Positions 17,430 to 26,310 of a stretch of 64,000 nucleotides of DNA are shown here, piece by piece; within the stretch, counting starts at the first letter, position 1, and each line of letters starts with the position of its first letter. Both the position numbers and the translations under genes were made by a program. The DNA lies in the NCBI GenBank assembly GCA_030681615.1, contig JAUXSA010000138.1:7828-71827 (forward strand). The letters are read 5' to 3'. The notes beneath the pieces are model-generated. The model searched no databases, had not been told where the DNA came from, and saw only the letters and a program-made list of their open reading frames with translations. Source of the stretch: Bacteroidota bacterium (lineage in GTDB: Bacteria > Bacteroidota > Bacteroidia > B-17B0 > Aurantibacillaceae).

Positions 17430-19319
17430 GTGGATAAGAAATCGTTAATTGGATTAGGATTAATTGCCGGAATTTTAGGTATTTGGTTATATATAAGTGG
17501 CCCTTCAAAAGAAACAATAGCGCGTAACAAAGCAATAAAAGATTCTATTGCGCTGGTTCAGAAAAAAGCAGAGGCCGAATTAATGGCAAAAGACGCTGCC
17601 GTAAAGAAAGCATCGGATACTTTAAAGATAAATGCATCTGATCTTACAATTTCTGCTTTAACAGATTCTGCAAAAACAGTTTTATTAACCGATCAGTATA
17701 AAGATTTTACACCTGCTGTTACAGGTAAAGAAGAAACTTTTACCATTGAGAACGAAAATATTAAAGCCACCATTTTAAACAAGGGTGCGCAAATAATAAA
17801 AGTTGAATTAAAAAAATATCACCGTTCCGGAAAATCAGAACCTTTAATTTTATTCGATCGCGATTCTTTAAACTTCGCTTTAAAATTAAACGCTTACGAT
17901 CGTTCCCGTATCTTTTCTACAGATAGTTTTTATTTTAGATCAGCAAAACAAACCGCTACAAGTATCGATCTAAAATTAGAAACTTCTAAACCTGGAAGTT
18001 ATATTGAATTTTCTTATTCGTTAAAACCAAACGATTACATGGTTAGTTCTGAAATTCGTTTTGTAGGAATGGATAAGATCATCTCTCAAACCGAAGACCA
18101 GTTGCAATTAAACTGGAGCATGCTTTATCCAAGCCAGGAAAAATATATCAAGTTAGAAAAAAAGGCAGCTACTATTTATTTTAAACAAACTATTAATAGC
18201 CCCGATTATATCAACGCTTTAAAAGACGAAGAAAAAGAATTAAATGATGCGGATATTAAATGGGTAGCTTTTAAACAACAATATTTTAACTCGGCAATTA
18301 TTGCCGACAATGCTTTTGCAAAAGGCGGAAGTTTTATAAAAACATCATCGCGCCCAAATTCTGAAACAGTTGTAAAAGCTGTATCAACTGAGGTTGGAAT
18401 TCCTTACCAACATCTTCCAAACGAAAAATTTGGTTTTAAATTTTATTTCGGACCAAATGATTATAAAACATTAAGTAAATACGAACTTGATCTTGAAAGT
18501 ATTGTTCCAACTGGTTGGAGCATTTTTAGCTACATCAATAAATGGATGGTTATTCCTTTATTTGATTCGTTAAACTTTATGAATATGGGTATTGTAATTT
18601 TAATTTTAACCCTCATCGTTAAAATTGTTCTTTTACCTATTGCCTACAAAACATATATGAGCGGTGCGCGTATGCGTGTGTTAAAGCCAGAGACAGATGC
18701 TTTAGCCGCCAAGTACGAGAAGACGCCCGACCCAATGAAAAAACAACAGGAGCAAATGGCACTCTATCGAAAGGCCGGGGTTAATCCTCTTTCAGGTTGT
18801 TTTCCTTTATTATTACAGTTCCCTATTTTAATTGCCTTATTTGCTTTTATACCTGCTGCTATTGAGTTACGTCAACAAGATTTTTTATGGGCTACCGATC
18901 TAAGTACTTATGATACCATTTGGGATTTTGGATATGTACCTTTCATAAATTGGGCTTATGGCGATCACGTAAGTTTATTTGCCTTATTAATGTTTGTGAG
19001 TACACTTGTTTACACATACATGAACAGCAGTATGATGCCACAGCAAAATAACCAAATGCCGGGCATGAAATTTATGATGTACTTTATGCCGGTTATCTTT
19101 TTAGCGGTAATGAATGATTACGCTGCGGGTTTAAGCTGGTATTACTTTTTAGCTAATATGTTCACATTCTTACAGAACTGGATCATGAAAAAAATTATCA
19201 GCGATGCCAAGATCAGGGCGCAACTGGAAGCGAATATGAAAAAACCCGCTAAAGTTTCTAATTTCCAGAAACGTTTAGAGGATATGGCCAAACAAAGACA
19301 ACAATTGAACAAAAAATAA
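17430..19319 (+). CDS. yidC: membrane protein insertase YidC (long Bacteroidota form)
   Basis: N-terminal anchor, large periplasmic domain, C-terminal 60 kDa-IMP core (...NPLSGCFPLLLQFPILIALF...). GTG start. Confidence 0.9.
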   Translation: MDKKSLIGLGLIAGILGIWLYISGPSKETIARNKAIKDSIALVQKKAEAELMAKDAAVKKASDTLKINASDLTISALTDSAKTVLLTDQYKDFTPAVTGKEETFTIENENIKATILNKGAQIIKVELKKYHRSGKSEPLILFDRDSLNFALKLNAYDRSRIFSTDSFYFRSAKQTATSIDLKLETSKPGSYIEFSYSLKPNDYMVSSEIRFVGMDKIISQTEDQLQLNWSMLYPSQEKYIKLEKKAATIYFKQTINSPDYINALKDEEKELNDADIKWVAFKQQYFNSAIIADNAFAKGGSFIKTSSRPNSETVVKAVSTEVGIPYQHLPNEKFGFKFYFGPNDYKTLSKYELDLESIVPTGWSIFSYINKWMVIPLFDSLNFMNMGIVILILTLIVKIVLLPIAYKTYMSGARMRVLKPETDALAAKYEKTPDPMKKQQEQMALYRKAGVNPLSGCFPLLLQFPILIALFAFIPAAIELRQQDFLWATDLSTYDTIWDFGYVPFINWAYGDHVSLFALLMFVSTLVYTYMNSSMMPQQNNQMPGMKFMMYFMPVIFLAVMNDYAAGLSWYYFLANMFTFLQNWIMKKIISDAKIRAQLEANMKKPAKVSNFQKRLEDMAKQRQQLNKK

Positions 19320-19396
19320 GCCTGTTTATGGACTTTTTAAGGAATTTGTTAATTTTTTGCCGGATCAGAAAGAATGTTGTTATTTTGTAGTGTAAA

Positions 19397-19636
19397 ATGC
19401 TTAAGACCAAAGTCATAAAAATATCTTTATCTGTTTTTGTTTTGCTTATCACTTTATGGTTTGCAACACCAAGAACGTATACGAATTTTTTATTTCCGTA
19501 TAGCACCAATTCTCTTTCTATTGGGAATCAAACAAAATTACAAACTCCTGAGCCTTCAGATATTGAAGAGTACAAAAAACCTGTTTACTTTAATATCTTT
19601 AAATTTGTGAACGGTTTAATTCCAGGTAAAAAATAA
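19397..19636 (+). CDS. hypothetical small membrane-anchored protein
   Basis: ORF with one N-terminal TM segment. No motif recognised. Confidence 0.3.
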   Translation: MLKTKVIKISLSVFVLLITLWFATPRTYTNFLFPYSTNSLSIGNQTKLQTPEPSDIEEYKKPVYFNIFKFVNGLIPGKK

Positions 19637-19778
19637 AACTAATTTTCTTGAGATCAAAACAGGAAAAGAATTTCTGTTTTTTTTTGAAACTTAATAAGTA
19701 AGAGGCGATATAGAAATTTCGTGGAATGTCATTAAGTTGGTAGATGTAGCAATGCAATATAAAATCATTTTATAAATT

Positions 19779-20093
19779 CTAACAAACAGGCGGTCCCCGA
19801 AGTGTAAAAGTAAATTTTTGGGAAATAATTGTATTGAATGCAATTATTAAAATTAATATTATACTTAATTGCCCAAACACGATTACCCGGTTGCTTGCAA
19901 CAGGTGGATTTGATGATGAAGAAAAAACATAATCACATATAAAGCAAATATGTTCTGCCTTACAAAAATGAATGTGTTTTATTTCGCAGCTATCATCATT
20001 AAAATGTTCAATATCATGTAAAGCTTTTTCTACAATCGGAAAAAGCAGCGATACCAACATTAATAATGAAATATATTTACGAATCATCTTCAT
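19779..20093 (-). CDS. small His/Cys-rich membrane-anchored protein, paralog of 23207-23539
   Basis: Signal-anchor, then HDIEHFNDDSCEIKHIHFCKAEHICFICDY, then C-terminal ...RGPPVC. Last gene of the TonB-receptor operon. Confidence 0.55.
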   Translation of the reverse strand: MKMIRKYISLLMLVSLLFPIVEKALHDIEHFNDDSCEIKHIHFCKAEHICFICDYVFSSSSNPPVASNRVIVFGQLSIILILIIAFNTIISQKFTFTLRGPPVC

Positions 20094-20117
20094 TTTTATT
20101 TAATCAGCAGGCAGTAA

Positions 20118-20777
20118 TTAATTAATTTTTATTTTAAATGGCACAGCCGCATCAACGTCTCCCGGAGCATAAGTTCCGTTTTTTACTCCTGGTTGATGTT
20201 TTAATTCAATACTCAGTTCTTTTTTAGCAGCAGCAACTCCTGTCATCCACTCGGTTAATAAACCAATTGGCCTTGGTGTTGTGGCTCCATCTGTATCTTT
20301 ATAAAAAATACTTAAATTAGTACCGCTAATTGTAACAGATGCATTTGGCAAAGCTGTTGGACTTAGCTGATTAAAAAAGAACATGTGGTCGGCTGCTTCT
20401 TCTAAAACTTCATTACTGATAGTATCAACAGGATTCTTCGTTTCATCCAACAATAAAAGATTAACAGTGTAATTTTTATTTGCCAGTAAATTTATTACAG
20501 AGTCTGTTTGAGTAGAAGTTGTTGTAGTACCCGGACCATAAAAAGCAGCAATTCCACCATCGCCATCAGGGTCTTTATAAAAATAAGTAGCGGTGGTAGT
20601 ACCATCATTTATTAATACTTTAAAAGTTGTTATGATCTCTTGTTCATTAGGTGGTGGATTACCAGTTGTTGTTGGCTGTGGTGTTGGATCAGGATCTTTA
20701 TCCTTTTTTTTACACGATACCGCTACTAATGCTACTGCTACAGCAGCACTTAGAATCATTTTTGTTGTTGTTTTCAT
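20118..20777 (-). CDS. hypothetical lipoprotein
   Basis: Lipobox AVSCKKK, a Pro/Thr-rich linker, then a beta-rich domain. 24-26 nt gaps to the neighbouring genes. Confidence 0.6.
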   Translation of the reverse strand: MKTTTKMILSAAVAVALVAVSCKKKDKDPDPTPQPTTTGNPPPNEQEIITTFKVLINDGTTTATYFYKDPDGDGGIAAFYGPGTTTTSTQTDSVINLLANKNYTVNLLLLDETKNPVDTISNEVLEEAADHMFFFNQLSPTALPNASVTISGTNLSIFYKDTDGATTPRPIGLLTEWMTGVAAAKKELSIELKHQPGVKNGTYAPGDVDAAVPFKIKIN

Positions 20778-20782
20778 TTGTT

Positions 20783-20810
20783 TTTATTTATTTATTTATT
20801 TATTTATTTA
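20783..20810. repeat. (TTTA)7 microsatellite
   Basis: Seven perfect tetranucleotide units fill the spacer between the receptor stop (20804-20806) and the lipoprotein start (20777). Confidence 0.95.
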
Positions 20811-23149
20811 TTCTTTCTGTTTTTATTGTATAAAGTAAAAGGCATACGCAATCTAAAAGTTATGTTTGTTCCAATAGCATCGTTATAGTATCTAAACCTG
20901 TCTAAATAATCTCTATAAATGGTATTTAAACCATTTGTAACAGACAAAGTAAAAATTAAAGGTTGGCGCTTTATTAATAGCGTTGTACTTAAATTACCCC
21001 CTACTAAAAAATATCTCTCTGGAGGAGGAGCAAAATCAACATTAGTTGGCACACGAAACTGTTTATTTACTGCTTGCGACACTAACTCAATATAGCTGTC
21101 TTTGATGTTTTTTTTATCTTTAAAGTTGTAGCCCATTGTTCCTTCTAACCTATCAGCTGGCATATAAATTAAGGGTTGCTTGTCGTCTAAATTATAACCA
21201 CGAACCATCATGCCCCTTAATTTTAAATATAAATTAACAGGGAATATATATTTTACAGAACCATCAGTGCCAAAAATATCAGCGTTATTTTGTTTATAGA
21301 AAAAGACTGGAAAAGCCCCACGAATTGTTAGCTCAGGTTTATCGCCCGGAAAATAATAGATGAAATTATTAAAGTAATAATTATAAACTGTGAATTCAGC
21401 TTCGATGTTTTTAAAATTTGTTTGTGTATTACTTATAATGTTGAAGGATTTTTCTGGTTTGAGATTTTTATCCCCACGCTCGATGGAGGCCGTACCATGA
21501 TGAAGACCATTTGTATAAAGCTCGTTTACTGACGGGGATCTCCATCCATTGGCGGCATAAAAACTGGTTTTAAGATTCGTAAATGGCTTATAAATAAAAC
21601 CTGAATTAAAACTAAAACCCTTAAATGAATTATGGTAACGCACAAATTGATTTTGCTCGAGTACATACGGTGTAATATATCTTTCATCATACCTTGCGCC
21701 AATTTCAAACTCTATTTTTGTTAATACATATTTTTCCAGAGCAAAAACTCCCCAGGTACCACTAAAAAATCCGGGCAGTAAATATCTTCCGGTATAAGCA
21801 TTTTCCTGGTACAGTCCTTGTGCGCCAAATTTTCCGCTAAAGCGGTTTATATAATCATGCTCCCATAAAACTTCACCATAATGGGTGGTTAATCTAAAAT
21901 CATAATCCGGTAAATTAAGTTCAGCGAGCTGATTATTTCGCGGTTTGTGTTTATCGTACTCTTGGCGTTTATTATATTGATATGCATAATTGGCATAAAA
22001 TCTTGATCGTAAACCTGTGTGAAAATGAAAATTAAATTTTATCAATTCATGTTCGGCTATTTGTTTTGGTCTATCTATTGCGTAACTAAAAACTGCTAAA
22101 GAATCGGTTGGCTTAGAGCGATTAAATGCAGCCTGCAAATCGGTTAAATTACCAATGTGTGCGCTTGAAAAAATACCAATTGTTGAATTAAACTGACTGT
22201 AAAATATTTCAGTATTAAATTTTTTGCCATGATAAGCCAAAGCATAAGAAAAATTCTTTTCTTCAACACCTGTATTTTTTAAATAATAAGTTGGCGTTTT
22301 CATGCTACCACCTTGTTTAACAGTTCCCTGCATGCGCCAGCTAAAGCCTTTTATTTTATCAAAATAACCTTGCAACTGACCTGATATAATTCCCGATTTA
22401 CCATTAGTTGCACCAACCGAATTAAACTCTCCTGTAATTGATGCCGAATCAGGAAGAGAATTAGGTTCTATTAAGATCACACCACCAATAGCATCGCTGC
22501 CATAACGCACCGTTGAGGTACCTCTTATAACAGTAATTTTTTGCGCAATAAAAGGATCTATTTCCGGTGCGTGTTCATTTCCCCAATTTTGCCCTTCCTG
22601 GCGTATGCCGTTGTTTAAAGTCATAATACGGTACCCTTGCATTCCATTGATCATGGGTTTACTAATGGTTGCGCCATTATTAAATGTTGTTACCCCGTTT
22701 GCACTTTTTAAAACTTCGCCTAAAGGCAATCCCTTACTTTTATCCAGATCTTTAATTGTTAAAGTTTCCAATGCCTGGGGTAAGTTTTCATCAGTTTTTT
22801 TTTCTATAACTATTTCTATATCTTTTAATTGATTATAACTATGTGGAAGATTAAAAATTATTTTTTTGGATTTATTAAGATCAACCGAAAAAATGGTGTC
22901 TTTACAACCAACATGCTGAATTAAAATTTTGTAATTTCCCTTGCATAGGTTCTCGAAAATAAATTCACCCTTCTCGTTAGTTTGGATTATACTTTCAGGG
23001 TATAAAAGTTTTATAACAGCAAAACCTAAATGTTCGCTATTGTCATCATCTCTTACTATTCCTTTTAACTTTAGGTCGCAGGTTTGCGTACGACATATTA
23101 AGGTAAGAAATAGCAGTATACACGCTATTATTTGTTTATTAATAAACAT
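20804..23149 (-). CDS. TonB-dependent receptor with N-terminal carboxypeptidase-regulatory-like domain
   Basis: Signal peptide, CarboxypepD_reg-like N-domain (GIVRDDDN...GNYKILI), plug region (..TVIRGTSTVRYGSDAIGGVI..) and a long beta-barrel. Confidence 0.85.
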   Translation of the reverse strand: MFINKQIIACILLFLTLICRTQTCDLKLKGIVRDDDNSEHLGFAVIKLLYPESIIQTNEKGEFIFENLCKGNYKILIQHVGCKDTIFSVDLNKSKKIIFNLPHSYNQLKDIEIVIEKKTDENLPQALETLTIKDLDKSKGLPLGEVLKSANGVTTFNNGATISKPMINGMQGYRIMTLNNGIRQEGQNWGNEHAPEIDPFIAQKITVIRGTSTVRYGSDAIGGVILIEPNSLPDSASITGEFNSVGATNGKSGIISGQLQGYFDKIKGFSWRMQGTVKQGGSMKTPTYYLKNTGVEEKNFSYALAYHGKKFNTEIFYSQFNSTIGIFSSAHIGNLTDLQAAFNRSKPTDSLAVFSYAIDRPKQIAEHELIKFNFHFHTGLRSRFYANYAYQYNKRQEYDKHKPRNNQLAELNLPDYDFRLTTHYGEVLWEHDYINRFSGKFGAQGLYQENAYTGRYLLPGFFSGTWGVFALEKYVLTKIEFEIGARYDERYITPYVLEQNQFVRYHNSFKGFSFNSGFIYKPFTNLKTSFYAANGWRSPSVNELYTNGLHHGTASIERGDKNLKPEKSFNIISNTQTNFKNIEAEFTVYNYYFNNFIYYFPGDKPELTIRGAFPVFFYKQNNADIFGTDGSVKYIFPVNLYLKLRGMMVRGYNLDDKQPLIYMPADRLEGTMGYNFKDKKNIKDSYIELVSQAVNKQFRVPTNVDFAPPPERYFLVGGNLSTTLLIKRQPLIFTLSVTNGLNTIYRDYLDRFRYYNDAIGTNITFRLRMPFTLYNKNRKNK

Positions 23150-23206
23150 TGCTGTAAATGCTCCCGCATTTTAAAATAAATTGTTAAAAAAAGAAAATTA
23201 ACCCAA

Positions 23207-23539
23207 TTAGAGGGTTGCGGGAGGTGCTCTTGCAGGAAGCTGCGTTTGGGCTAAATGAAAATAAGAGCTTTCAAATTTTGTAAGAAGTTCGCAAATTAAA
23301 ACGGGTTGTGCTTTATTAAAGGCAACAAATGTTGGAATGTCGTAAACAGGTGCATTGATCTCAAATATATCACAATGGGTGTGCGTAGCTTCAATGCTGG
23401 TAGTTTTGCTGTTGTGGTCAAAATGGCAATCGGTATCCTCGTGATCGGCAAAGATCTCGTGCGAAAGCGAAGCCGGCAATAGTACCCAGCTAAAAACCAG
23501 CAATAAAAAAAATGCTATATGTTTTTTAAATTTTTGCAC
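23207..23539 (-). CDS. small His/Cys-rich membrane-anchored protein, paralog of 19779-20093
   Basis: Signal-anchor, HEIFADHEDTDCHFDH...THTHCDIFE, C-terminal ...RAPPATL. First gene of the operon. Confidence 0.55.
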   Translation of the reverse strand: MQKFKKHIAFFLLLVFSWVLLPASLSHEIFADHEDTDCHFDHNSKTTSIEATHTHCDIFEINAPVYDIPTFVAFNKAQPVLICELLTKFESSYFHLAQTQLPARAPPATL

Positions 23540-23561
23540 GGCTAAAGATAAGAAAATAAAT

Positions 23562-24065
23562 TTAAATGATAGTATTGCCCTGCAGCACCATTTTTTTAAT
23601 AATGGCTATTTGCCCCAGGTGATAATGGCTGTGTTCGATAATGCCGTGCAGGTTCCTGTAATAATTACCGTATTTTTTATCGGTAAAATCTTCCCAAAGT
23701 TTGCTTTCAGGTAACTGTGCAACCAAGGCTACAAATTTTTCGGCATCGGTAAAACATTTATCACGCAATTTTTCCCAGTCTTCTTTGCAAGTAATTGGTG
23801 GATGATCAAAACTGAATTCATCTTTTGAATCCAACTCTTTTCCTTCCAATACTTTTAAGGCAGCATCAACAAAATAATTAATATGGTAAGTTAAGGCAAC
23901 AATAGTATTAAAAGAATTAATCTTTGTGGTAGCTTGTTGCCAGCTCACATCTGCCAGGTTCTCTTTCAGGTTAGAGCAGGTCCAGTTGCCGCCAAAATGC
24001 ACATCCCTAAAATGTTTGGCTATTTGTTTTGTTATGCTCATGTTACTTTCGCTTGTATCTGCCAT
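23562..24065 (-). CDS. DinB-family (four-helix-bundle metal-binding) protein
   Basis: DinB-like His triad context (..ALTYHINYF.. and C-terminal HSHYHLGQI). The start codon is uncertain (24065 or 24041; the track ORF extends to 24101). Confidence 0.7.
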   Translation of the reverse strand: MADTSESNMSITKQIAKHFRDVHFGGNWTCSNLKENLADVSWQQATTKINSFNTIVALTYHINYFVDAALKVLEGKELDSKDEFSFDHPPITCKEDWEKLRDKCFTDAEKFVALVAQLPESKLWEDFTDKKYGNYYRNLHGIIEHSHYHLGQIAIIKKMVLQGNTII

Positions 24066-24166
24066 AGATCGCTTATCAAATATATAAAATATGTGCAACA
24101 AAAACCTTTAGTATTTGCATTTTTTTATTGATGATAAAAGAGTAAATTTGGTTATAGTGATGTGAT

Positions 24167-24891
24167 ATGACTAAATTTAGAAAGTATTTTATTGGCGATA
24201 TTATAAAGCAAACTGATGATGTGTTTGAGCATGCAAGGGCCATCATGCTTTTACGTTTAACCGTCATGTTCTCTATTATTTTTCTTCTCCCTGTAATTAC
24301 CGACTTTATTTTGGGCTACCAAAAAGCGCAAATAATTCACAGCGTTGCACTCTTAGCCATACTTTTTTTCCTTTCGTTATAAGGGCTCAAAAGAACCTGG
24401 ATAGATCTATCAATATTTTTTTTACTATATGTTTTATTATCTCATTAGCCTCTTTTATGTGCCTTAATCCTGCAAGGCTCGACAGAATAGGTGTGTGCTG
24501 GGCTATGTTCTTTCTTGTTTTAGGTACTTTACTTCAACGTGGTAATATGAGACTGCTTTTTTCCTGTTTTTTAAACTGGCTTCCTATGTTATACGTAATT
24601 GCAAATATGCAATTAAAAGGCGCGTTAACCTGGGAATGGATCTTGCAACATGAGACCGAAGATCCGCCTTTATATTTAATATTTATTCCAATAACATTGT
24701 TAATGTACGCTGCCTGGAATCATGCTTCCTCTATTGAGCACGCCAGGCAAACCATTACAAAACAAAAAGAAATTATAACCCAAAAAAATAATGACATAAC
24801 GGCCAGTATACGTTATGCAAAGCGTATTCAAACTTCGTTAATGCCTACAGAAAAATACATTGTTCGTATTTTAAATAAAAAGAAGGAGTAA
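24167..24891 (+). pseudogene. frameshifted and 3'-truncated membrane sensor; only the N-terminus of a SpoIIE/PP2C-type phosphatase remains
   Basis: Two overlapping open frames (24167-24382 and 24229-24891) could be joined by a +1 T at the T7 run 24363-24369. The product ends just after the ..SIRYAKRIQTSLMP.. motif that normally opens the PP2C domain. Confidence 0.5.
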
Positions 24892-24921
24892 ATTTTTCTT
24901 GACAAATCAAGTGATTTTCGC

Positions 24922-24929
24922 TATATTTG
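24922..24929 (+). promoter_or_regulatory. Bacteroidota -7 promoter box TAtaTTTG
   Basis: TATATTTG lies 20 nt upstream of the ATG at 24949, with a TTG-containing element (ttcttgaca) upstream. Confidence 0.45.
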
Positions 24930-24948
24930 ATAATCTAAAATCAAATTC

Positions 24949-25725
24949 ATGAAAAAACTATTATCTATTTTATTCGTATTATCTATTTTCATTTCTTATA
25001 GCCAAACGGCTTCTAATTTTAATTGTAATGATTGTGCAAGCAACAACCACGATCTTTTTACAGAATTAAATTCTGGAAAAATAGTGGTAATTACCTGGGT
25101 AATGCCTTGCAGTGCTTGTGTTAATGGAGCCTTAGCGGCACAGGCTGCTGTTCAAAGTTTTTCGGCCTCTAACCCGGGCATGGTTTTAAATTATGTTGCC
25201 GATGATTATGCTAATTCCTCATGCGCCACCATCCAAAGCTGGTGCACCACAAATGGAATAACTGCTGCAACTATGTTTGCAAACGCTGCGGTTAGCATGA
25301 CGCCATACGGCACTGCAGGAATGCCAAAAGTAATTGTTGTTGGCGGTAACGGTCATACTGTTTATTATAATCAAAATAATAACACCATAACACAATCCGG
25401 TATACAAAATGCTATTAATACAGCTCTTGCGGCTAACGTAACAACTTTAAAAGAGAATAGCAGCAGTCTGTCTCTTATAGAAGTGTACCCTAATCCTACG
25501 AACAACGCTGCTACTTTAACTTTAAATCTTGCAAAAGAAACAAAAGTAAAAATTGAAGTTGAGAATATTTTAGGACAAAAAGTAATGGATGTTTATGCCG
25601 GAAATTTAAACGCGGGAGAAAATTCGGTAAAAATTAATACGGCAGAATTAGCAAACGGTAATTATTTTGTTTCGTATTCTGACAATGAAACTTCTAAAAA
25701 AATAAAACTGATCGTTAACCGTTAG
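24949..25725 (+). CDS. secreted protein with thioredoxin-like Cys motifs and a T9SS C-terminal sorting domain
   Basis: Signal peptide, CNDC and CSAC motifs, C-terminal ..IEVYPNPTNNAATLTLNL...GNYFVSY...KLIVNR. Confidence 0.7.
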   Translation: MKKLLSILFVLSIFISYSQTASNFNCNDCASNNHDLFTELNSGKIVVITWVMPCSACVNGALAAQAAVQSFSASNPGMVLNYVADDYANSSCATIQSWCTTNGITAATMFANAAVSMTPYGTAGMPKVIVVGGNGHTVYYNQNNNTITQSGIQNAINTALAANVTTLKENSSSLSLIEVYPNPTNNAATLTLNLAKETKVKIEVENILGQKVMDVYAGNLNAGENSVKINTAELANGNYFVSYSDNETSKKIKLIVNR

Positions 25726-26256
25726 TTATTTTTCAAGAATTTTTTTCAAATTCAATAAACTTATATCCATATCTTTTGCCAGCATTTTTTCTATCATAGA
25801 TAGCAAAAGGTTCATTGGATAGTTCATAACGCTTTTATTGCTCCAGGTTACTTTTGTCTGATCAGCTGAAATACCTGTTATAACAGTGTTTGCATAAGAT
25901 ACACCTGCAAAAGGTCTTATAAAACGAATTTCAGTTTCAATTCTTTTTCCTTCTTCAAGGGCTTTAATTTCCTGTTCGCCTTCGCCGGCTTTTTTATTTC
26001 CGTTCCAGCCGTAAATAAAACCAACAGTTCCATCTGTTCCTTTAAAATCTCTTTTCATGGTGGGATCAACCATTACCCATTTATTAAAGTTGTCCTGGTT
26101 CTTTAATTGTTTTAAATAGTCGTACACTTTTTGTTGTGGCGCATTAATTATAATGTCGCGGTGGATATTATAATCCTTCCTCATAAAAAGGGCTATGATA
26201 AATAATAAGGCTATGATGCTGAATAAAGCGATCAATATTAAAATTAAGATATTCAT
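25726..26256 (-). CDS. membrane-anchored SRPBCC (START/polyketide-cyclase-like) family protein
   Basis: N-terminal TM helix, then about 140 aa with an SRPBCC-like pattern (..INAPQQKVYDYL...). Assigned by pattern recognition only. Confidence 0.55.
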   Translation of the reverse strand: MNILILILIALFSIIALLFIIALFMRKDYNIHRDIIINAPQQKVYDYLKQLKNQDNFNKWVMVDPTMKRDFKGTDGTVGFIYGWNGNKKAGEGEQEIKALEEGKRIETEIRFIRPFAGVSYANTVITGISADQTKVTWSNKSVMNYPMNLLLSMIEKMLAKDMDISLLNLKKILEK

Positions 26257-26310
26257 GCGATTGTTTTGGTTTAAGATTATAAAGTTAAAATATTTTTATT
26301 AAAAGCTAAA

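Noticed and set aside
19258-19509. 83 aa minus-strand ORF overlapping the yidC 3' end and the 79 aa plus-strand ORF.
   Set aside because: It overlaps the yidC coding sequence, has no motif, and has unlikely composition.
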